From a virus (Duplodnaviria; Caudoviricetes), in IMG/VR virus record IMGVR_UViG_3300010048_000010, positions 1-63,610 of that record: a stretch of DNA of 63,610 bases. The stretch is one strand, 5' to 3'. The notes beneath the pieces are model-generated. The model had not been told where the DNA came from, ran no database searches, and saw only the letters and a list, made by a program, of their open reading frames with translations. The position numbers were made by a program, and so were the translations under genes. Below are positions 50,569 through 58,232 of this stretch, in pieces. Each line of letters opens with the position of its first letter. The stretch's first letter is position 1.

Positions 50569-50786
50569 TATCGGTGAGGGATTCATAAGTTGCGCGGGGC
50601 GCACACCTCACCGATACTGAACTCGATGCTCCCCCTCGCGGAGGTTCGCCACCGCCAGTGCATCAGCCAAAAGGGAAGGTGGATACCTGCGGCGCTCAAG
50701 TGCATATGGGTCAGTCGTGCTGAGCCGGGCAACCGGAGATAGCAAACAATGCATAGTCACCCCCTCGGGGGTTTATACCGAGCAGA
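50569..50786 (+). ncRNA. structured leader RNA of unknown class
   Basis: 11-bp stem TATCGGTGAGG/CCTCACCGATA, nested pseudoknot-like region 50619-50664, CCGG-GCAA-CCGG GNRA hairpin, ACCCC-CTCG-GGGGT; no ORF. Confidence 0.5.
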
Positions 50787-50790
50787 TTTT

Positions 50791-50922
50791 GCCGTGGTGT
50801 AGTTATCAGATACTTCGCTTGGGGCGACGATGTTTTAGGTTCGAGTCCTAATGCTCCCCCAATCAATGGGGAGTATAGCTCAATGGTAGAGCACGTACTT
50901 TCTGGTAGCGTTTGTTCCCGGC
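50791..50922 (+). ncRNA. Y-RNA-like cassette 1 carrying a complete permuted tRNA (anticodon TGG)
   Basis: Scaffold GCCG-TGGTG...TTCC-CGGC; cargo order anticodon arm, T arm TTAGG-TTCGAGT-CCTAA, closed acceptor stem, D arm GCTC-AATGGTA-GAGC. Confidence 0.85.
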
Positions 50923-50931
50923 TTGATTTCT

Positions 50932-51020
50932 GGCATGGTGAAGTGACCCGATACTTCGGTTAATACTCTCGTAAGAGCGTAGTGGTTCGAATCCACAATC
51001 GGTTCACGATTATTCCTGCC
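50932..51020 (+). ncRNA. Y-RNA-like cassette 2 (reduced cargo with T arm)
   Basis: GGCA-TGGTG...TTCC-TGCC; inner stem GTGACCCGAT/ATCGGTTCAC; GTGG-TTCGAAT-CCAC. Confidence 0.8.
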
Positions 51021-51030
51021 AATAGTTTTT

Positions 51031-51159
51031 GGCGTGGTGTAGTGAACAGTTCCTCCGACTGCTAATCGGGAAGCCCGAGTTCGACTCTCGGCGGGGCCGC
51101 ATCAATGGCCCCGTAGTGTAACGGTAGCACTCCGTGTCCTGTTTGCGATTGTTCCCGCC
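51031..51159 (+). ncRNA. Y-RNA-like cassette 3 carrying a complete permuted tRNA (anticodon GCT)
   Basis: GGCG-TGGTG...TTCC-CGCC; CCGA-CTGCTAA-TCGG, CCGAG-TTCGACT-CTCGG, CGGGGCC/GGCCCCG, GTGT-AACGGTA-GCAC. Confidence 0.85.
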
Positions 51160-51169
51160 TCACCATCAA

Positions 51170-51239
51170 GCCGTGGTGAAGAGTTCGATTACATCGCTAC
51201 CTCCCTGTTGCGCAAACATCGACCTCGTTTGTTCCCGGC
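51170..51239 (+). ncRNA. Y-RNA-like cassette 4 (minimal cargo)
   Basis: GCCG-TGGTG...TTCC-CGGC; inner stem GAGTTCGAT/ATCGACCTC. Confidence 0.75.
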
Positions 51240-51249
51240 TATCGACTAT

Positions 51250-51338
51250 GCGGTGGTGATTTGGACTGATACATCGCGCTGAAACGCTGGCGGTCTGCGA
51301 AGCCGCTGAAGTACCTTCAGTCTGAAGATGTTCCCCGC
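51250..51338 (+). ncRNA. Y-RNA-like cassette 5 (two hairpins with anticodon-like loops)
   Basis: GCGG-TGGTG...TTCC-CCGC; inner stem TTGGACTGA/TCAGTCTGA. Confidence 0.75.
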
Positions 51339-51356
51339 AACCCCATAGGAGGGGTC

Positions 51357-52772
51357 ATGTCGAAAATGAACCAGAAGGCCAAGACCAAGGCGATTCCACA
51401 GTCGCCTTTTTCTTTTTATGGCCAAACTACCGAAGCCTTACCTGTCCAAGCCCGCACCCATGAGGGTGGTCCGGCCATCACGTTCTCACCACAGGATCAA
51501 CTGCGGCGTGCCGTACTGTCCTGCCTACTGTGGGAAAAGAGTTTCTATGAATCGGGCCAATCGATTGCTGACCGCATCGCGCAACTTGTCAAGGAAGTCG
51601 ACCCGGAATATACCAAAGCTCTTGCGCGTGTTGCTCGCTCGCAGTTTAAACTTCGACATGTTCCACTCTACCTCGTTGTGCAACTACTTGCGAAACGAGG
51701 GGTTCGTGATCTCGACGAACTCATCTATGATGTGGTTCAACGAGCCGATGAACCCGCAGAGTTGGTCAGCATGTACTGGGCCAATGGCAAGCGCCCACTT
51801 GCAGCGGCGCTCAAGCGCGGCTTGGCTGCGGCTATCACAAAATTTGACGAGTACCAAGTTGCCAAATGGCAGGGCAATGCCGACTCGAAGATTAAACTTC
51901 GCGACGTCATGTTCATGGTACACGCCAAGCCACTCATGGATTCCCAAGGGGCCATGTGGAAACGGTTTGTCGCTGGCGAAATCAAGCCGCCTGATACGTG
52001 GGAGGTCGCACTTTCGAGTGGCGCGGACAAAAAGGATACATTCTCTCGACTGATTATGGAGAACAAGCTCGGCTACATGGCGCTGCTACGTAATGTGCGG
52101 AACATGCATGAAGCGGGCGTTGATCCGAACTTGATTGCTACGGCGCTGACCAATGGTGCGCGCAAGAGCCGCGCGCTACCCTTCCGGTTTATCGCCGCTG
52201 CGCGAGCCTGCCCGCCGCTTGAACACATGATCGACCAAGCGATGCAACTGGCGCTGGACGGAGTCTCCAAGCTTGAAGGAGTAACTGATCTGTTGGTTGA
52301 CGTCTCTGGTTCTATGGACCAAAAGCTGTCGGCCAAATCGGACCTGCGCCGGGTAGATGCCGCCTGTGGTCTTGCGATCTTGATGAACGGCCTGTGCGAG
52401 AACGTTCGCATCTGGACATTCAGCGATCAGTTGGTTCGGGTTGCGCCGCGTTCCGGCATGGCATTACGCGATGCGATCATGCACAGCCAACACCACAGCG
52501 GTACCTATCTCGGCGCAGCCCTACGCACGCTAGAAGCCAATGTGACTGAGGCACCAATGCGAACTGTGGTCATCACTGACGAACAGGCCGCGGACGCAGT
52601 CGGGGCACCGCGAGGCTTGGGGTACATGATTAATGTAGCCGGTGATAAGAACGGCGTTGGCTACGGCGCATGGACGTGGATGACCGGTTTCTCCGAAGCG
52701 GTGGTCGCTTACATCGCAGCTATTGAACACCGGGACGACGCAATCCTGCTTCCGTCTGAGAATGTAGAATGA
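51357..52772 (+). CDS. rsr: Ro60 / Rsr RNA-binding protein (TROVE + vWA)
   Basis: THEGG, LRR.VLSCLLWE..FYE, RADE, KFDEYQ.AK, TWE..LS, YMALLRN.RN, LPFRF; MIDAS VDVSGSM, VITDEQ. Confidence 0.92.
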   Translation: MSKMNQKAKTKAIPQSPFSFYGQTTEALPVQARTHEGGPAITFSPQDQLRRAVLSCLLWEKSFYESGQSIADRIAQLVKEVDPEYTKALARVARSQFKLRHVPLYLVVQLLAKRGVRDLDELIYDVVQRADEPAELVSMYWANGKRPLAAALKRGLAAAITKFDEYQVAKWQGNADSKIKLRDVMFMVHAKPLMDSQGAMWKRFVAGEIKPPDTWEVALSSGADKKDTFSRLIMENKLGYMALLRNVRNMHEAGVDPNLIATALTNGARKSRALPFRFIAAARACPPLEHMIDQAMQLALDGVSKLEGVTDLLVDVSGSMDQKLSAKSDLRRVDAACGLAILMNGLCENVRIWTFSDQLVRVAPRSGMALRDAIMHSQHHSGTYLGAALRTLEANVTEAPMRTVVITDEQAADAVGAPRGLGYMINVAGDKNGVGYGAWTWMTGFSEAVVAYIAAIEHRDDAILLPSENVE

Positions 52773-52778
52773 TATAAT
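52770..52778 (+). promoter_or_regulatory. extended -10 promoter for the que operon
   Basis: TGaTATAAT exact match, followed by a GGGGCGG/CCGCCCC hairpin. Confidence 0.6.
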
Positions 52779-52826
52779 TCTATATTAGGGGCGGCTTTTG
52801 TCCGCCCCACTCTTGTAGGAGCAGCC

Positions 52827-53543
52827 TTGAAACAAGTCAATAGACAGACTCCAGTCAAGGCAGATCGCCACGATGACGGCAGTCTACTCATCCACAGCAT
52901 CTTCTTGACTCTACAAGGCGAAGGCCCACACGTGGGCCAACCCGCCATCTTTGTACGCCTAGCTGGATGCAATATCCAGTGCCCCGGATGCGATACTGAG
53001 TATACCGGGAATTCTCTCAAGCGTCTTTACTTCAACGAGCTAACGGATCAAGTTCTGCGCTACGCGCATGGTCCGCACAAGCCGATGATTGTTATCACTG
53101 GCGGCGAACCGTTGCGCCAGAACATTATTCCGTTCGTCAACTGGCTCAGCAAACACGGTTTCTGCGTGCAGATAGAAACCAATGGCACACTTGGCATCGA
53201 CAAAACTGGGCTATCCGATCCGGCCCGGTATAATCTCGAAATCGTTTGCAGTCCCAAGACTGGAAAAGTCGTGGAGTCACTGCACGAGTTCATCATCGCC
53301 TACAAATATGTGGTCAACGAAGGAGATATCGATGGTCAAGACGGATTGCCTATGGGGGTGTTGGGCTTACATGTTCGACCTGCTCGCCCGCATGATGGCT
53401 ACCATAAAAAAGTTTATGTTCAACCCGCTGATGAATATGATCCTATTCAGAACCAACGGAATTTAGATGCCGCAGTTCAATCGTGTCTGCTGTTTGGGCA
53501 TACTCTCTGCATGCAAATCCACAAGTACATCAACATGCCATAG
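52827..53543 (+). CDS. queE: 7-carboxy-7-deazaguanine synthase (radical SAM)
   Basis: IF.TLQGEG...G.PAIFVRLAGCNIQCPGCDT, ITGGEPL, IETNGT, CSPK, QIHK. Confidence 0.93.
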   Translation: MKQVNRQTPVKADRHDDGSLLIHSIFLTLQGEGPHVGQPAIFVRLAGCNIQCPGCDTEYTGNSLKRLYFNELTDQVLRYAHGPHKPMIVITGGEPLRQNIIPFVNWLSKHGFCVQIETNGTLGIDKTGLSDPARYNLEIVCSPKTGKVVESLHEFIIAYKYVVNEGDIDGQDGLPMGVLGLHVRPARPHDGYHKKVYVQPADEYDPIQNQRNLDAAVQSCLLFGHTLCMQIHKYINMP

Positions 53544-53551
53544 GAGTTATC

Positions 53552-54220
53552 ATGGGCAACAAGGCGGTAGTAATGCTATCTGGCGGTCAGGATTCAACGA
53601 CCGTACTTGGTAAGGCACTCTCCGATGGGTTCGAGTGCTACGCTATCGGATTCGATTACGGCCAACGCCACAAGATCGAACTGTTGCAAGCACAGAAGAT
53701 CGCAGAAGACCTCGGCGTCTCATACGAACTGGTACGTCTTGAAGCGCTCGGCAAAATGGTGACCACAGGATTGACGGAATCGACTGGCGACCTGAATGAG
53801 CGCCACCCGAGGTACACGGATTTGCCAGCATCGTTCGTACCCAATCGCAACGCGCTATTCCTCACTTTCGCACATGCTTATGCGCAAGAAATTGGGGCGC
53901 GCATGGTGTGGGGTGGCATGTGCCAGACTGACTATAGCGGTTACCCGGATTGCCGACGCGTATTCATCGACGCGATGCAACATGCGTTGAATGTAGGCTA
54001 TCGCACTGATGTGGTCTTCATCACTCCGCTGATGGACTTGACCAAGGCACAGACTTGGAAGATGGCCGAAGATGTTGGCGTTCTCGAAACCGTTATCACA
54101 GAAACGAATACTTGCTACAACGGTATTCGCGATGAGTTGCACGAATGGGGCTATGGCTGCGGCAACTGCCCCGCGTGCAAAATCCGCGCGAAAGGATGGA
54201 ACGAGTACCGGGGAATGTGA
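53552..54220 (+). CDS. queC: 7-cyano-7-deazaguanine (preQ0) synthase
   Basis: LSGGQDS, FDYGQRH, VPNRN, DYSGYPDCR, TCY...CGNCPAC. Confidence 0.95.
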   Translation: MGNKAVVMLSGGQDSTTVLGKALSDGFECYAIGFDYGQRHKIELLQAQKIAEDLGVSYELVRLEALGKMVTTGLTESTGDLNERHPRYTDLPASFVPNRNALFLTFAHAYAQEIGARMVWGGMCQTDYSGYPDCRRVFIDAMQHALNVGYRTDVVFITPLMDLTKAQTWKMAEDVGVLETVITETNTCYNGIRDELHEWGYGCGNCPACKIRAKGWNEYRGM

Positions 54221-54663
54221 TGTGGCAGATTAAAAAACATTACGGCCATGAACTAGGACTTAGCGCGTGCTTTCGCCAGTGGCGCGCTGACTCCCATTGC
54301 CGACACCTACATGGCTATGCACTGGCGTTCACCTTCACTTTCGAATGCGAGACGCTGAACGATAAACAATGGGTAGTAGACTTCGGCGGCTTGGCTGGAC
54401 TGAAGCAACGGCTAGCGCATGCATTTGACCACAGGCTGTGCGTTGCAGAAGATGACCCTTGTCTAATCCACTTCTTGAACCTATCCGGCGAGGATTGTGC
54501 CAACCCTATTGTGCTTCCACATGTGGGCTGCGAACGCTTCGCGGAGTACGCTTTCGGACTGGCTCAGGAAGAACTGGAGAAGTTGAGCGTCAATCCGCGC
54601 GTGCGCCTTATCTCTTGCGAATGTGCCGAGCATGGCGCGAACTCAGCGGTGTATATACCATGA
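54220..54663 (+). CDS. queD: 6-carboxytetrahydropterin synthase
   Basis: FRQWRADSHC..LHGY, WVVDFG, FDH, EHGANSA. Confidence 0.9.
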   Translation: MWQIKKHYGHELGLSACFRQWRADSHCRHLHGYALAFTFTFECETLNDKQWVVDFGGLAGLKQRLAHAFDHRLCVAEDDPCLIHFLNLSGEDCANPIVLPHVGCERFAEYAFGLAQEELEKLSVNPRVRLISCECAEHGANSAVYIP

Positions 54664-55364
54664 ACGAAGACTGGTTCGAAACTCCTCATCTGACAGCGGG
54701 TGACCAAAATGAAAAGACGCTACAGAACTCGGGAAAGCACCATTGTGCTAAGTGCGGTACCGGATACGCTGGACCGGAGTGCGAGCCGCCACCACAGAAT
54801 TCAATCGACCGAGAGAGTATTATCAGGGATTTGTTGCGCTTCATTGTTGGCGAGAACCCAGACCGGCCAGGTCTACAGGAGACGCCAAGTCGTGTGGTCA
54901 AGGCATGGGAGCATTGGACGGGTGGATATAAGGTCGACACAAAGGCGCTACTCAAATCGTTTGAGGACGGAGCCGACAAGTACGATGAAATGGTGGTTCG
55001 TAAAGGCATTCCTATTTACTCTGTCTGTGAGCATCATTTGTGTCCTATCGTGGGAACTTGTACAATTGCTTATATCCCTGTCGGTCACATTGTGGGACTA
55101 TCTAAACTCGATCGACTGGCTGACGCTTACGCCAGACGGCTTCAAGTACAAGAAAGGCTAACGAACCAGATTGCAGACGACTTGTTTCATAACGTGCAGC
55201 CGCTAGGCGTTGGTGTATATATCAACGCGCGGCACTTCTGTATTGAAACTCGAGGTGTCTGTCATCCGCAATCTGATACGATAACATGCGCGCTACGCGG
55301 TGTAATGCGCAGCGATCCGGCGGCACGGAGCGAATTTTTAGCTCTAGTAAACAATGGATCGTAA
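54660..55364 (+). CDS. folE: GTP cyclohydrolase I
   Basis: RPGL.ETP.RV, CEHH, GLSKL.R, RRLQVQERLT.QIA, H.C...RGV. Confidence 0.95.
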   Translation: MNEDWFETPHLTAGDQNEKTLQNSGKHHCAKCGTGYAGPECEPPPQNSIDRESIIRDLLRFIVGENPDRPGLQETPSRVVKAWEHWTGGYKVDTKALLKSFEDGADKYDEMVVRKGIPIYSVCEHHLCPIVGTCTIAYIPVGHIVGLSKLDRLADAYARRLQVQERLTNQIADDLFHNVQPLGVGVYINARHFCIETRGVCHPQSDTITCALRGVMRSDPAARSEFLALVNNGS

Positions 55365-55449
55365 CCAAATCATTCCCTAAAGGCTAGAAAATTATGAGAT
55401 AATTTAGGGGTCAGGCGAAATTCGCCCGGCACATTTAAAAGGATAAACA

Positions 55450-57098
55450 ATGCATCGTTGTAAATGGAACGGCTGTCATCGTACCATCGCGAGCACGTTG
55501 TACATGTGCGCAGAGCACTGGTTCAGATTGCCTAGAGCACTGCGTAACGAACTGTGGGATGGATACCGCAGGGGGATCACCTCGAACCAGTACGTAGCAG
55601 CAGACGAACAGATCCAAGACTGGGTCGCTCTACATCATCCCGAACCTATTTCAAAGGAGCAATAAATGGGTCTCATTCCCAATTTAATTACTCATTGGTG
55701 GACTGAATGGCAACAGTTCTGGTGGGACTTCTTCATCCCCCGGAACCATGACGTCGACAATCCGTTGGACGAAACTACCGAGTAAGCATTAGCCGCCACA
55801 TGGAGTTGTGAATATGAGCAGCACACCCCATACCTCCGCACCGCGAGGCAAACTGGTTCATATCGAACTCCGTGATGGCGGCACCATTGAAGGCAAATTT
55901 CTGGAACGGACAGGGAAGTTCGTTGTCCTCGAACAATGTAGGATTCCTGCCCGACTGATCGGTAAATTTTACATCGTAAAGGCGCAGCCATGCACTACAT
56001 CACAGTCTTCGACGAACACGAAAACCACCTCGGATGGATCGACGCCCAAGGAAAACTGACCACAGACCCATTGCAGAGCGCGGGGTTCAGCGACAAAGAC
56101 ACTGCGTGGGATATGTGCAGCCAACTGGAAAGCGGAAACCAGACCTGGTATACCCAACTCGTTGAGAACCAAGGAGACAAAGAGTAATGGCTAAGCATCG
56201 GGACTTTGTAGAGCAACTGTTGGATGCGCCCATGAATGTCGCTGCAAAGTTGCTGAGCGGCGGTTTGCCACCGGGCTATGGCTTCGCCTTACTCGTGTTT
56301 GGGATGGACACGAACGAAGGATACATGAACTACATTTCCAACGCCAGCAGGGAGGACATGATCGCAGCACTGAAAGAACTGATCGGAAACTTTGAGGGTC
56401 GCACGTTCGATCCACCAAGGAGCAAACAATGAAGATCATCGACATGCAATTCGTTGGTGGCGATTTGTTCGGACTGGGTGATGATGGCACAGTCTATATT
56501 TATCGCCAAGCCCGCGCACCGTTTGTTGGTCGCGAACCCGTACCAATCAAATCCGCACCTTGCCCGATGCCGGAACAATCACCAATTGTGGGCCGAAAAG
56601 AGTATCTGGCTATGATGGAAAAACAAATGATCGCATCCAATACTCCGTGGCGGCGACCAGAAGCTTGTTACGAAGAACCAGTCGCTCTCGGTCAAATACT
56701 TGGTCAGCCATACCAAGTAGTCAATCAGTGCGAAGTCCAATGGCAAGATACTTACATCGACGGTTGCACTGCTGGGTGGGAACCGTTATCGATGAGTATC
56801 AGCAAGCCGGTTCCGCACCCGAAAGACCCGACCAAAGCCGAACGGAGCTAACCACATGATCCGCGCCCGAATGTCCGATGGCCGTTTCCTGTTTGGAATT
56901 GATGCGGTCAATATCTTCAAGTTGATGGATGGACAACCAATCAAAGTCGACTTGAAGGAAATGGGCGGCAGTGACTCATTCGTCATTGTTTTTGGACCTA
57001 CTTATGCCGACATTATCGAAGACATTGCCAAAGCAGTCGGCACGACTCCAGAAGAACTTTTAAGTCACGCGCAAGAGATTCCGAAAAATAGCGCCTAG
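55450..57098 (+). other. cluster of small hypothetical genes (55450, 55814, 55990, 56187, 56429, 56856)
   Basis: Co-oriented short ORFs with RBSs and overlaps. Confidence 0.6.
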
Positions 57099-57206
57099 TG
57101 ACCGGCTTGGCCTTTCTATCTAATGCTTTGCATTAGATAGATAGCGCCAAGCCCGCCACCAACCGAATACCAGCTTGCCACTTGATGTTTGCTATATAAT
57201 TGATAT

Positions 57207-58121
57207 ATGAATCTCTACATCGCGGGCCTATTCACGGCCAACATTGCACGCGGCTCGACAGCATTCGGTAAACTCAACGAGCGCGAACAACAAGGCATCG
57301 ACTCCATCGATTATCATCTGGAGTCGTACCACTATGTCAAAGACAAAAATACCACTGAACGTATTCGTAACAGCGGCATTCAAGTTTTCATCGACTCCGG
57401 CGCATTCTCGGCGTATACACAAGGAGTCGAAATTGATCTTCCGTCCTACTGCCAATGGCTGCAACAGAATGCAGACCTGGTTAAGGTGGAAGATGGGGTG
57501 TTCATGGCGTCGGTCCTAGACGGCATTGGCGACCCGCTCAAGACGTGGCAGAACCAACGGTACATGGAATCACTTGGCGTTAAACCACTCCCATGCTTTC
57601 ACTGGGGTGAGGATGAACGCTATCTGGAGTACTACCTCGCCAACTATGATTATATCACAATTGGTGGCTTGGTCCCTGTGGCTAAGCCGCAACAGCGAAT
57701 TTGGTTGGACCGTATATGGGATAAGTATTTGGTGGATGGCGCTGGCCGTCCTAAGATACGAGTGCACGCGTTCGGGATGACTAATCCTAATCTAATGGAG
57801 CGATATCCTTGGTGGTCAGTAGATAGTTCAAGTTGGGTTCAAATCAGTGCTCACGGGAACATATTCTATGATAACAAGCCGCTCAACTGTTCGTCGGACT
57901 CTCCCCTGCGAAAAGTCCACAATCAACATCTGGATACTCTACCAGAGATTATCACCTCCTTCATTGACAGTCGTATCATCGCGGACGGTTATGATCCCGA
58001 CCGCATTCGTACCATCACCTATTCCCGTTGGGCATACTGCGCAGACAAGTATGCCGAATTCGGTCGCAATATGGACCCTCATAAAACGTTCATAGCACAC
58101 CAGCAGGAGCTATTTTCATGA
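57207..58121 (+). CDS. dpdA: TGT-fold 7-deazaguanine transglycosylase (DpdA-like)
   Basis: IDSGAFS, LD.IGD, P.FH.GE, IGGLV, VHAFG, SVDSSSW; co-occurs with folE/queD/queE/queC. Confidence 0.75.
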   Translation: MNLYIAGLFTANIARGSTAFGKLNEREQQGIDSIDYHLESYHYVKDKNTTERIRNSGIQVFIDSGAFSAYTQGVEIDLPSYCQWLQQNADLVKVEDGVFMASVLDGIGDPLKTWQNQRYMESLGVKPLPCFHWGEDERYLEYYLANYDYITIGGLVPVAKPQQRIWLDRIWDKYLVDGAGRPKIRVHAFGMTNPNLMERYPWWSVDSSSWVQISAHGNIFYDNKPLNCSSDSPLRKVHNQHLDTLPEIITSFIDSRIIADGYDPDRIRTITYSRWAYCADKYAEFGRNMDPHKTFIAHQQELFS

Positions 58122-58232
58122 CCTTCGAACAGTGGTTTGCTAAGCGCTATCCTAAACTTGCAGAAGCCGCTGAGTTTGGAATGATGGGTCCGAATGAAGT
58201 GTGGCTCTTTAACGCAACAAAGGAGGCATTTC

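Noticed and set aside
50815-51133. Canonical tRNA-Pro and tRNA-Ser genes
   Set aside because: The arms are in permuted order (anticodon, T, acceptor, D) and there is no intact NCCA end, so they were not called as ordinary tRNAs
51198-51206. ACCTCCC in cassette 4 as an anti-Shine-Dalgarno guide
   Set aside because: A short pyrimidine-rich match in one unit only; chance cannot be excluded
50791-51338. CRISPR array interpretation of the repeated units
   Set aside because: Repeat halves covary as RNA stems instead of being identical, cargo lengths vary widely and are tRNA-like, and there is no cas operon (the Cas4-like gene is a standard phage exonuclease)
52775-52826. preQ1 riboswitch upstream of queE
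   Set aside because: Only a simple GC hairpin; no preQ1-I loop or A-rich tail
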